Assembly: GCF_000328665.1 (NCBI RefSeq)
Contig: NC_019972.1
Location: 248,001-285,109, forward strand
From: Methanomethylovorans hollandica DSM 15978
Lineage (GTDB): Archaea; Halobacteriota; Methanosarcinia; Methanosarcinales; Methanosarcinaceae
Length of the DNA stretch: 37,109 nucleotides
Direction of reading: 5' to 3'
Below the pieces are notes generated by a model. That model searched no databases. It was not told the origin of the DNA and saw only the letters and a list, made by a program, of their open reading frames with translations. Both the position numbers and the translations under genes were made by a program. Below, piece after piece: positions 17,843-27,075 of the stretch. Each line of letters begins with the position of its first letter. Position 1 is the stretch's first letter.

Positions 17843-18115
17843 GATATTTTATTGGTACATACTAAAATATAAAACCATCGAAAATGTCTCTATCTGCACC
17901 CGTCTTACATTCCCTTTAAAAAACATATTAGTTCCATGAAACGATCGAAACTATACGAAAATCAAAACAAAAAGAAGAGACAGAATGATATTCTGAAAAT
18001 AAAAAAAAGTCTATAGGGAATTCAACTTAAGAATCCGGAGTTGCCTTCTTCGAATGCCAGAGGTAGATGGAGTAAGATAGTTGATGTATATGAATTGCAA
18101 TAGAATTATTCAATT

Positions 18116-18559
18116 TCAGCTGTGGTACGATACAAAAACGATCCATTTTGTTCCAATGAATTGTTTTGATACTGGTTGATTCTCTACATCAGCAAAAAAA
18201 CCTTCTTCTTCAAATGTATTTTCCAGGTGCTTTAAGATTGAATCATATATAGCTTCATTAACAATTACTGGACATGGAGTATTCTCTGGCCAGCATGATC
18301 CCCATGGTTTTTGGTAGACATCAAAATAATCTCCAGGCCCATCGATGAATCTACCTGAACCACAAAATCCTTCTTGCGTGAGATATGCTTCTGCAAATGC
18401 TTTAGCTTCTTGTGGTGTTGTTGCTTTTTCTGACGAAAATATCAAGTAAAATGGATAATAGCCTATGGTATCACCTTCGTATTTAGAAACGGAAGCAATT
18501 TTAAGAGGTGTTTTTAAGTCTCTTGAGTTGAAATCTTTGGACAATTTCCCATACAACAA
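18116..18559 (-). CDS. Hypothetical protein, paralogue of 24498-24842
   Basis: Shared YL...F..S.R(F/Y), E.(I/L)YDS.L, F.D and FIG.K..VFVS motifs; start uncertain. Confidence 0.65.
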   Translation of the reverse strand: MLYGKLSKDFNSRDLKTPLKIASVSKYEGDTIGYYPFYLIFSSEKATTPQEAKAFAEAYLTQEGFCGSGRFIDGPGDYFDVYQKPWGSCWPENTPCPVIVNEAIYDSILKHLENTFEEEGFFADVENQPVSKQFIGTKWIVFVSYHS

Positions 18560-18704
18560 TAACTTATCTTATTTGGATGGTTGCAAGCATCCTGTGATAA
18601 ACCATACTGGCGTTGAGGACAATGTAACCAGATTGTTTCTTTCCATTTTAAGAAATCCACTAAAATCCCCCCTTTTGTTGTTGCCCATGAGTTTGCTATT
18701 TTTT

Positions 18705-19031
18705 TCAAAATAGCATTCTTGCTGAAGATATAAGCATATCGTTTTGTTCTTCTGACAAAAATTGATGAACTTCTTCTAATGGCAATGGAATGTCATTAAT
18801 GATTATCTGAATTATGTTTTTCTGTGAAAGAGCTTCCGGATCGATAATATCATCACTAAAATCATTTAAAGCATCAGCTATGGCATCTTTAAGGGATAAT
18901 CCGGTTTGTGCATAGTTCCATTGCTGTACGAATTTGATTATTATTTCATGTTCAGTAGAATCATTATCAATTATATTTTTCAGTGGCATTTTTTTCTCCT
19001 GTACTGTTAGATGGTGGGAAGTCATTCCCAC
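18705..19031 (-). CDS. Hypothetical protein
   Basis: ORF; more likely start is ATG 18989 preceded by AGGAG. Confidence 0.55.
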   Translation of the reverse strand: MGMTSHHLTVQEKKMPLKNIIDNDSTEHEIIIKFVQQWNYAQTGLSLKDAIADALNDFSDDIIDPEALSQKNIIQIIINDIPLPLEEVHQFLSEEQNDMLISSARMLF

Positions 19032-19318
19032 CTATACCTGCGAGTTTATCCGAGATATGTCATTTATTTTTTTTTACCTCTTTCTTTTCTTCTGCATCAG
19101 ACTCACCTCTCTTGATGCTCAAAATGATCTGCTCCTGTTTGTGCAATTGTAATTCGAGTTTCTTTTCTGTACTAGAATTACATTTATATGTATGCTTTTT
19201 TTTAAGTATAGTTTAGCCTATATATAGGCTAGGCTATATTAGTTGAAAACTAGGTCTTAAGAAGATAGAGGTTACGTCTTCTGATTTGGTTTTAGTTTAT
19301 ACATAACATTCCAGATAA

Positions 19319-19981
19319 TCAGCAATAATCTGATATATGGCATATATCATTTGACCTCAGATGATCGCATATCGTTCCTAAAAGATGATGTAATCCTGTT
19401 TTCGAATCTTCAGGGATGTCAGATTCCAAAAGAGCGATAATTTGATTTTCAAGAAGATTACAATCAATGGTTATACCAAACCTTCCATTCAAAACTGCTT
19501 TCAGATAAGTTATATTGTCTTCAGACAGATACTTGATGATACGGTATCTAAGTGTCAACTGATTGATACATGCAAGAGTATTCTTGAGTTCTTGTTGTAT
19601 CTGCTCTTGGGACATGAATTGTATATCCATATTTGTGAGTGGCGGAACAAAAGGTATTGTCCCTAGAGTTATTTCAGATTTGTTGAATAATTCATCCCTT
19701 TCATCATATATACCATTTTCAGGTTTTCTAAGTTTGATAAATCCTATTTGTTCTTCAGGTGTTCCAAAGCGGGTTTTCAGATAATCTACCATTTCATCTT
19801 CGATCCCGTAGTATGCTGCACCATACAGAGCAGCTTCTGAATCATCTCCTGTTCTATCAGAATCAGGTACTTTTATATTGAAATTAGATAATGTGTCTTC
19901 TACTGGCTCGATCATAGATATAGCCAGTTCTCTGAAAAATGTTTCTTTGGGATCTACTTCAATGTTATTCATGTTATACAT
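19319..19981 (-). CDS. Hypothetical protein
   Basis: 220 aa ORF in co-oriented block. Confidence 0.7.
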   Translation of the reverse strand: MYNMNNIEVDPKETFFRELAISMIEPVEDTLSNFNIKVPDSDRTGDDSEAALYGAAYYGIEDEMVDYLKTRFGTPEEQIGFIKLRKPENGIYDERDELFNKSEITLGTIPFVPPLTNMDIQFMSQEQIQQELKNTLACINQLTLRYRIIKYLSEDNITYLKAVLNGRFGITIDCNLLENQIIALLESDIPEDSKTGLHHLLGTICDHLRSNDICHISDYC

Positions 19982-20006
19982 CTCTGGATTATTGGTTCGA
20001 TTTTTT

Positions 20007-20357
20007 CTATGCTTTTTTTTGATTCCAGCAATTCATGCACTGTTTTTGATTGGATTCGGGATCAATAACAAAATCATTATCCTCAGGATTTAGTGATATT
20101 ACTCTTTTACAGGAAGAGCACTGACAGAAATCTTCTGCATATCCCCAATTGTATATCTCAATCGTATCAAAAAGAATATCAAGAGAATTAAATCTGTTTC
20201 CGGGAAATCTTCGTTTAGCTGCTTCAAGGATCTTTTGTTCATTTAGAACAATAGCGAATGGTATATGCTCCCAGGAAGATTGGATCCAGTAACCTTCCAG
20301 TTTCATAATGTTCATCATTGTTACAATCATATTCCTGACAGATGGGAACATATACAT
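20007..20357 (-). CDS. Hypothetical protein with C-terminal Zn finger
   Basis: CSSC..CMNC; AGGTGA RBS upstream. Confidence 0.65.
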   Translation of the reverse strand: MYMFPSVRNMIVTMMNIMKLEGYWIQSSWEHIPFAIVLNEQKILEAAKRRFPGNRFNSLDILFDTIEIYNWGYAEDFCQCSSCKRVISLNPEDNDFVIDPESNQKQCMNCWNQKKA

Positions 20358-20395
20358 TTAGGATCACCTGATGGTATTTTCTGTTTATTCTAAGT

Positions 20396-21157
20396 TTATG
20401 CAAAAACAAGAAGGCTTTCCTGGTGTTGATTATGTGGATGGATTTCATTAAAGGAATTCAGAAAAGCCTGTATCATGGTGTTCAAGTCGCCTGATAGTCC
20501 TTGAAGAAATACCTTTGTTGGAACTGAACCGATAAGAGTTGAACCTAAAATTATAACTCCGGAGTTTAGAGAGGAAGAAGCACTATCTTTTCTGAACCAT
20601 GTTATCGATCCTGATTTGATTATATTGTTACCGTACAAGGACACGAATTCTCCAATACCAGGATCTGACCACATTCCAGATGGGTTTTTTAATTCAGTTG
20701 CAAATGACCTGCAGATACTAATGATATACTTTTCAACATCCCCTCCGACTTTTCTGAATGCTCTTTCGTAGATTTGCTGAGCCATTTTTCTTGCTTCTTC
20801 TTCGCTGTTGCCATGTGGAACTTCGGTACAGTGAAGAATATACTCTGCACCCGGGCCCGTGAGCATATAGCCATTGTTATCAATTGCCCATACTTTTATC
20901 CTGGGATCAATGACCATTTCTCCGTATTTGTCATTGTCACATATCATTTTTCCATAGATTTTTCTGAATTCTTCTTCTGATATTTCCTTAAGCGCATCTA
21001 TAACAGCAAGGTGGACTTCGTGTACAGAGTATCTATCCCATTTATCAACCGTATCCTGCAGTTGTTCAATTGGGTTGGGTGGTTTCATATTTATACCTCG
21101 ATGGTTTGCTTTTTGTTCATGTATTTTATGATATGTATGGATTTTTGTTAGGTACAA
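20396..21157 (-). CDS. Hypothetical protein
   Basis: ORF; likely start ATG 21088 (MKPPNP) after GAGGT. Confidence 0.7.
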   Translation of the reverse strand: MYLTKIHTYHKIHEQKANHRGINMKPPNPIEQLQDTVDKWDRYSVHEVHLAVIDALKEISEEEFRKIYGKMICDNDKYGEMVIDPRIKVWAIDNNGYMLTGPGAEYILHCTEVPHGNSEEEARKMAQQIYERAFRKVGGDVEKYIISICRSFATELKNPSGMWSDPGIGEFVSLYGNNIIKSGSITWFRKDSASSSLNSGVIILGSTLIGSVPTKVFLQGLSGDLNTMIQAFLNSFNEIHPHNQHQESLLVFA

Positions 21158-22062
21158 GTGCTTATACTCTTGTTGGTTCCTAGATTGATAACATTAAATT
21201 TTCTGTATTCAATGGCTTTCTTTATCATTTCCTGATCTTTTTCAAAGGTAATGCTGTGTCTCCTCATCTCTAAACATGCCTCTGCGAAGCTCAGGCTGCC
21301 TCCGTAGAGATCCATGCCGATGTCTCCTTTTTTACTACATACTTTGATGAGGTCCTTGAGCAATTCAACGGGTTTTGCGGTTTCGTTGACTTCTCTAAGG
21401 GGATGTTGGTTGTGTATCTTAGGATGAGATAGAACATTGGTTACTGTGTTATCATAGCTGATACACTTCTTTCCGTTGATGAAGAAAGCTATTTGCTCGT
21501 ATGCACTGGCATATGGATAGCCCATTGTTCTTCCTTTATTCCATATCAACCGTTTCCTGAAAGTGAAACCAACTTCCTGGCACATGTCTATGAATCTGTT
21601 GTTATAATCTAATGTGTTGGCATATTCGCTTATGCTATCTGCTGGTAGGAAGCTGTAAAAATGGCCTGATGGTTTCAGTACCCGGTGAATTTCTGATAGC
21701 ATTTCTTTACTCATTTCTTCAGTATCGAATTGCCATTTTCCTGATTTTTTTCGGGTAGTACCTACTGAAAGATGTCCATCAAGACTAGGATAATTGCTGT
21801 CAATGATTACAAAATCAATGACATTATCATTGATTTCCTTGATCCCTGAAAGATTGTCACCTGCAATGATAAGGGCCTGCGTTTCTCCGTTGACGGCAAT
21901 ATATAAACCTCGACTTATTCTTTTAAAACATTTACCAACGTTTTCATTCAAACGAGCACGAATTGTGTGTTTCTTAAGATCTGGATGGGCTTCGTATATT
22001 TCTTCTAGTGTATGTTTCTCGTCCTTGAGGAAATCCTGAAGTCTTGTTAGTACTGTTTGCAT
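21148..22062 (-). CDS. Beta-class N4/N6 DNA methyltransferase-like protein with N-terminal winged HTH and atypical motifs
   Basis: IDFVIIDSNY (usually DPPY), HRVLKPSG, LIWNK, TAKPVELLKDLI, DLYGGSLS (usually DPFxGSG). Confidence 0.85.
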   Translation of the reverse strand: MQTVLTRLQDFLKDEKHTLEEIYEAHPDLKKHTIRARLNENVGKCFKRISRGLYIAVNGETQALIIAGDNLSGIKEINDNVIDFVIIDSNYPSLDGHLSVGTTRKKSGKWQFDTEEMSKEMLSEIHRVLKPSGHFYSFLPADSISEYANTLDYNNRFIDMCQEVGFTFRKRLIWNKGRTMGYPYASAYEQIAFFINGKKCISYDNTVTNVLSHPKIHNQHPLREVNETAKPVELLKDLIKVCSKKGDIGMDLYGGSLSFAEACLEMRRHSITFEKDQEMIKKAIEYRKFNVINLGTNKSISTCT

Positions 22063-22122
22063 ACTATTACCTGGATGATATTAATTGATTTTGATATCAT
22101 GATGTATGCGTTTTTCCTGAAA

Positions 22123-22953
22123 TTATGTTTCAATATTATTCAATAGAATTTCAATGAATTTTCGGGACATAGTTAAGTAGGTAGGAATATCAGTTATGTT
22201 TCCAACGTAATTTGTACTATGAAGTACAAGGCCATTGTTCTCGATTTGAAAGGGAATTCCGTCTATTTCATAGTTTGGAGTTGCACGGATTATGTAGATG
22301 GGATTATTCCATACTATCCATTTTCCTCCAAGATCATTTTCTACATCGAGAGTAAATATTTTACCATTGATCATAATGGAAATGCCTTTGTATGGTTCTA
22401 TGGAAGATGCATCTAGTTTTTGTCCTGTTTTTTCACATTGAGATTCTGTTGGGTAGTTTTTGACATACTGATTTCTGAGGCTTTCGATTAGTTTATCAAT
22501 CTCTTCAATGTGTCCTTCACATAAGTATTGAGGTTCTTCGCAACTGGATTCGAACTTTCCATTTATTATTCTGCCATAATCTATGCTAAATATAAGTTCA
22601 TCTTTATCGAATGAATGATCACAAATATGGCAGATATTCGTAAAGATCTGGTCATAATGCTTGCAAAAAACATGGTTTAATATTGCGATTGAAAGTGTAT
22701 TTTGTTCTCCATTTAGATGAAATTGCGTATTACAGCATGTGCATTTAAATGATATTTCTTTTTCTGAGTTTTCCCGGATAACATTTCCTTTTTTATAATC
22801 TGGAAATGCATTGAATAAGTGTAGATTCTGAATTGAGTTTGTTGTATTGTTGCTATGTTCTATCTGTATATGCTTACGGATCCATGTATCTATGATACTA
22901 CGTTCTCTTGAACTAAGTAATAACCACTGATCTTCGATATTAAGTTCTGACAT
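22123..22953 (-). CDS. Hypothetical protein with Cys/His clusters
   Basis: CTCC..HVFCKH and CHIC..CEGH; GAGG RBS. Confidence 0.7.
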   Translation of the reverse strand: MSELNIEDQWLLLSSRERSIIDTWIRKHIQIEHSNNTTNSIQNLHLFNAFPDYKKGNVIRENSEKEISFKCTCCNTQFHLNGEQNTLSIAILNHVFCKHYDQIFTNICHICDHSFDKDELIFSIDYGRIINGKFESSCEEPQYLCEGHIEEIDKLIESLRNQYVKNYPTESQCEKTGQKLDASSIEPYKGISIMINGKIFTLDVENDLGGKWIVWNNPIYIIRATPNYEIDGIPFQIENNGLVLHSTNYVGNITDIPTYLTMSRKFIEILLNNIET

Positions 22954-23168
22954 ATTATTCCTCTTGTTCTTTTTTGATATTTTTGTCGTTCGTTAGAAAA
23001 TGTGTGTATTTTTGCTTTAAAAACCTCGTTGGTTGTAAAAGTAATGCCTATTATTTGGATAAAAAAGCATGAGAAAAAAAGTCTATAGGAAAATTATATA
23101 GAAAACTATGATCAGTGCTCCGAGTAAGGGAACTTATTGATATACAAATTAAATGTATTATAGAAAGA

Positions 23169-23261
23169 TGCAAGGTGGCGGAGTTGAACCGCCCAACACT
23201 CTTAGAACTGGTAATTTTCATACATATCATTTACGTTAGACGTAAGCACAGCATCCCTTGC
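23169..23261 (-). ncRNA. tRNA-like structure: T-arm plus acceptor stem, no canonical D or anticodon arms
   Basis: GCAAGGG...GGCGG-TTCAACT-CCGCC-ACCTTGC-A; 6 of 7 acceptor pairs. Confidence 0.45.
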
Positions 23262-23327
23262 CCTTAGTAGAGTGCTTGCGAATTTCGTTGCGTTAATAAC
23301 TGCTGTTGTAGTTGTTATGGTTGTCAT
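23202..23327 (-). CDS. Small 41-aa Thr-rich ORF (3' part of listed ORF 23202-23411)
   Basis: AGGAG RBS then MTTITTTTAVINATKFASTLLRARDAVLTSNVNDMYENYQF. Confidence 0.45.
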   Translation of the reverse strand: MTTITTTTAVINATKFASTLLRARDAVLTSNVNDMYENYQF

Positions 23328-23485
23328 GATGTCTCCTAGTATGAAAGATGTAAGTATGTCAAGAGATACTGACATTACGCCTGATATGATTACGAGTACC
23401 AGCAAGGGCATTATTGCACAATGATTTATAGCATATAGGGATTCATCATATAAATAATTATGGTGTTAACCAGAAAATATGTTTT

Positions 23486-23773
23486 TTAAGTCGGATCTTG
23501 GTCTTTCTTGCTATCAAATGAATATGAGTCGCCTGTTGGCATATATTCTGTTGCGTATATGCTATAATCCGTTATTCCATGATCTTTCATTGAGCTGTGT
23601 ATAGTGTCAATGATACCTTGTTTTTCTCTTTCAGATGTATCATGTGTTTTAAATTCAATAGTTGTATCATCAGTTGTAATCTCAGATCCATAATATGAAA
23701 TCTCGATCTCAAGATTAGTTGGGATTTGTTTTGCACGTATATGCCAGACAAAAAAGTATCTTCCATTATGCAT
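23486..23773 (-). CDS. Hypothetical protein
   Basis: 95 aa ORF with GAGG RBS. Confidence 0.6.
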   Translation of the reverse strand: MHNGRYFFVWHIRAKQIPTNLEIEISYYGSEITTDDTTIEFKTHDTSEREKQGIIDTIHSSMKDHGITDYSIYATEYMPTGDSYSFDSKKDQDPT

Positions 23774-23796
23774 TCCTCATGTTTCTGTGATTGAGC

Positions 23797-24408
23797 TCAA
23801 GGTTCAAAATCTTCGAGTTCATCAAATTTTTCAGCATCACAGTCCAGTGATATGAATCTACAATTAAGAGATTGAGCTTTTTCTATTAACTTTGCTATTG
23901 CAGGACTGAATCCGGCTTCTCTAAGTCTATATTTTTTATCTGGCCAGATTTCTTTATCAGGAACATGTATCCACCAGCCATATTCAAATGGATACACCGT
24001 TAGTGGGCAATGTCTTTCTGTTATATCATCTGGAAGTAGGATCCTGTCAGATTCTGGGAGATGAGCTGTCGAAGTGTCCATGTATCTGAATACTCCTTCT
24101 GGATCTTCTTGTATAATAGATTTTATGACTTCTTCCTTATTGGATACATTGCACTGAAGAACCTTCTCTCGATATGTTTTATACATATTATTAAGATTGT
24201 TGACCATCTCTGGAATAGTATCCATTGGTATCAAAATTTCGCATCTTGCAACGTTTCCTTTTGAATTGATCGGTGCTATCCAAAAATTTTTTTCGTCGAG
24301 GGATGGGAGTATATTCACTCCAGTGCATTTTCCGGTTCCATTCCTTCCGAGGTAGGTAGTAATAGTTCCAAAACGGATATCGTGTTCTCTTGATGACATA
24401 TTTATCAT
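23797..24408 (-). CDS. Two-domain hypothetical protein, C-terminal DUF5983-like domain
   Basis: STAHLP..YGWWIHVP..LIEKAQSLNCRFISLDCD pattern typical of plasmid/ICE proteins. Confidence 0.65.
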   Translation of the reverse strand: MINMSSREHDIRFGTITTYLGRNGTGKCTGVNILPSLDEKNFWIAPINSKGNVARCEILIPMDTIPEMVNNLNNMYKTYREKVLQCNVSNKEEVIKSIIQEDPEGVFRYMDTSTAHLPESDRILLPDDITERHCPLTVYPFEYGWWIHVPDKEIWPDKKYRLREAGFSPAIAKLIEKAQSLNCRFISLDCDAEKFDELEDFEP

Positions 24409-24497
24409 TCCTTTTTGTGCTCTCCGGGCTTATTTTGAATCATGTCAATGTTTTGATAATTGTGTTTGTATGTTGCTGAGTTTGGGAATTTGGACTA

Positions 24498-24842
24498 TTA
24501 CATAGAACAGCTAACAAAGACTGCATATTTGTTCCCGATGAATTCTCTGGTGCATTCTTCGCCATCAATATCTGTAAATACAGTACAGCTTAATACGAAT
24601 CCAATGAGTTCTATGCCATCACATTCTCCTTCATATTCTGAAAGTTCACTATCGTAAAGTTCTTCGGTTATTATCGTTGTTTTACCGGTTTCTATCGTAA
24701 AACCATCATATGGAGATGAAGTGTACCTGCTAGATGATGCAAAATTGTTATTTTCAAGGTATCTATTTACCCTGGATTCAATTTCTTCTATTGATTCGCC
24801 TTCAAGAGGAGTTATAGTAGCAATGCAATACATGGATGACAT
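24498..24842 (-). CDS. Hypothetical protein, paralogue of 18116-18559
   Basis: Shared motifs with 18116-18559; GGAG RBS. Confidence 0.65.
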   Translation of the reverse strand: MSSMYCIATITPLEGESIEEIESRVNRYLENNNFASSSRYTSSPYDGFTIETGKTTIITEELYDSELSEYEGECDGIELIGFVLSCTVFTDIDGEECTREFIGNKYAVFVSCSM

Positions 24843-25188
24843 TTTGGTGACTCCGGTTTGTTCGTTAAGTAGATCTTTATAATAGAGGCACGATCCCGTT
24901 GATTGTCAATGCCCTGAGGGTGAGGATGGGGGTCCGGGGGAAGGAGAGGGAGAAATAGTTAATGGAATGGGAAGGAGTAGGAGAGCCCTTCCCGTTTGCG
25001 GCTGTGCTTTCGTTTTTCCACTCTATGTTGTCTCTGGGGATGTCAGCTATTTCTGACATTAAGTGTATGTTTTTTTTCATTTTTTCAAATTGCAATAAGA
25101 TTGTTATTTTCATTGGAATCTTCAGACATTATTTTGTACAATATTTTTTTGTAGATATTCCCCTAGAGTAAAAATATATATTTGTTGT

Positions 25189-26253
25189 GTGCAAAATATC
25201 TATGTGATAAGTATGGGAAAAGAAATGATTATTGAAGAGGTAAAAAATCCATGGCGATTAAGGAATGGGGTTGTTGTATTTGATATCGAGACAGAATATA
25301 TTCATGATTTTTCTATCGAAGCGAAGAAGATGCTTAATTTCAAATGTGGAGTGGCTTTTGTATATAATGATGGAGAATGGTATCGTTTTTACAAGCCCGA
25401 AGAGCTTGTGAAACTGCTGAAAAAAGCAAAGACAATTGTTTCTTACAATGGAGAAGGATTTGATTTTCTTGTTCTTGAGAAACACGGGCTGAAAATTATT
25501 GAGTGTGGGACTGATCGATGGAAACCAACTAAATGTGATTCTTTTGATATAATGCATACCATACAGAATTTACGAGAAGATTCTAACAAGAAGTATCCAA
25601 GTCTTGAGGAAATGATGAAAAGTCATTACGGTATTTCAAAAACACCTCATGATCCTGATAACATTGAAGATCTTATGAAACACTGCTTAGAAGATGTAAA
25701 ATATACCAAAAAGCTATATGAAGAAAAGACGTGGTTAGTTCCTGTCAAAGAAAGGCCTGAAAAAAGAGAGTGGGAAGCTGATTATGACAATGATCTATAT
25801 GCTGTGGTTGATGATGGGGAGAACTGTACACGTATAATAGATTTTGGAATGCCAATTGCATATACAAAACAGAGAATTAATGATCTTCCTGGAGAAATTC
25901 GGTGTCCTCTATGTGGAAAGGGCATCCTGCAGATGTATTCTGTCTACAGAGCAATTGAAAATGAAATAGAGTGTCCAGAGTGCCATGGTTTAATTGGATT
26001 TGTTGCAGGAACAAATGAAATAATGTACAAGAGGACTAAAGAAGAACTTGAATCCAATGTATGTCCGAATTGTAAAAAATACTTGGGCTCAAGTGGATAT
26101 GAACACCATGGATATGGTGCAGGATCTGGTTACATTAGTTCTGGCAGGAGAATATGCTCAAATTGTAGTAAAGGATGCTATGAGTGGGAAAAAGATGATA
26201 CTCCCGGTTTTCGTGATAGTTATCAAGGAAAATGCTGCAATTGCGGAGAATAA
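25189..26253 (+). CDS. RNase H-like DEDD 3'-5' exonuclease with C-terminal Zn ribbons
   Basis: VFDIETE (Exo I), VSYNGEGFDF (Exo II), HCLEDV (Exo III); CPLC, CPEC, CPNC, CSNC, CCNC; start more likely 25213 or 25225. Confidence 0.8.
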   Translation: MQNIYVISMGKEMIIEEVKNPWRLRNGVVVFDIETEYIHDFSIEAKKMLNFKCGVAFVYNDGEWYRFYKPEELVKLLKKAKTIVSYNGEGFDFLVLEKHGLKIIECGTDRWKPTKCDSFDIMHTIQNLREDSNKKYPSLEEMMKSHYGISKTPHDPDNIEDLMKHCLEDVKYTKKLYEEKTWLVPVKERPEKREWEADYDNDLYAVVDDGENCTRIIDFGMPIAYTKQRINDLPGEIRCPLCGKGILQMYSVYRAIENEIECPECHGLIGFVAGTNEIMYKRTKEELESNVCPNCKKYLGSSGYEHHGYGAGSGYISSGRRICSNCSKGCYEWEKDDTPGFRDSYQGKCCNCGE

Positions 26254-26272
26254 GAGATAATATTTCTTTTTT

Positions 26273-26656
26273 TCAATCATTTTTTTCTCTAATCTCAATG
26301 TTGATAATTATTTCCTGGTTGTTTTTGTGTTGAGTGATGATTACATGGTTTTCATTTATTTTCTTTATTTTGAAATCCATGTCGTTTAAACGATAGATTG
26401 ATACATTTTCGTTTTCAGAGAGGTCATTCCAATCTTCTGTTATTCTGGGGTCTCCAGTTATGTATGCACATATTTTTCCTATATCCGGAATCTTACTCCT
26501 ATATGCAATAACATAGTCATAAAATAGTTTTATTGCTGAACGAAGTCCATCAGTTCTGTTTCTGATTAATCCTCTTTCTTTAAGATCATCGAGTTTTTCC
26601 AAATATCCTTCAGGAACTATAAGCCCGGTTATTTTTCCTTGTTGTGCCATTTTCAA
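26273..26656 (-). CDS. Ribbon-helix-helix (CopG/Arc/MetJ-like) protein, copy 2
   Basis: ITGLIVPEGYLEKLDDLKERGLIRNRTDGLRSAI. Confidence 0.8.
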   Translation of the reverse strand: MKMAQQGKITGLIVPEGYLEKLDDLKERGLIRNRTDGLRSAIKLFYDYVIAYRSKIPDIGKICAYITGDPRITEDWNDLSENENVSIYRLNDMDFKIKKINENHVIITQHKNNQEIIINIEIREKND

Positions 26657-26682
26657 TCCTCAAAAAACTATTTTTTCATAAT

Positions 26683-27057
26683 TTATTTTTCTCTGCTCTC
26701 AATGTCGATAATAATTTCTTTATTCTTTTTATATTGGGTAATGATGCCATGACGATTATTTATTTTCTTTAATCTAAAGCCGATGTCATTTAAGAGATAG
26801 ATTGATACATTTTCATTTTCAGATAATCTATCCCAATCTTCTACAATTCTCGAATCTCCAGTTGTAGAAGCAAACATGTTTCCCAAATTCAATTCATTCC
26901 TAAAAGCAATAGCATGCTGATAGAAAACTTCTATTGCTAAAAGAACTCCTTCGGTTCTGTGTTTGATTAGTCCTTTTTCTTTTAGATCATCGAGCTTTTT
27001 TAAACATTCTTCAGGAAGCCTAAATCCTGTGACTTTTCCTTGTTGTGGCATATTCAT
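26683..27057 (-). CDS. Ribbon-helix-helix protein, copy 1
   Basis: VTGFRLPEECLKKLDDLKEKGLIKHRTEGVLLAI; clear paralogue of neighbour. Confidence 0.8.
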   Translation of the reverse strand: MNMPQQGKVTGFRLPEECLKKLDDLKEKGLIKHRTEGVLLAIEVFYQHAIAFRNELNLGNMFASTTGDSRIVEDWDRLSENENVSIYLLNDIGFRLKKINNRHGIITQYKKNKEIIIDIESREK

Positions 27058-27075
27058 TCCTCAAAATGGTATTTT

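Noticed and set aside
18514..18708. 64-aa ORF as frameshifted N-terminus of 18116-18559
   Set aside because: No convincing single repair found, and the paralogue at 24498 lacks such an extension
23231..23245. TTACG-TCTAA-CGTAA hairpin with CTA as an amber/pyrrolysine anticodon
   Set aside because: Loop size and position do not fit a cloverleaf, and the sequence does not resemble tRNA-Pyl
24877..25171. ORFs 24877-25113 and 24962-25171
   Set aside because: Overlapping on opposite strands with atypical composition; better explained as non-coding DNA
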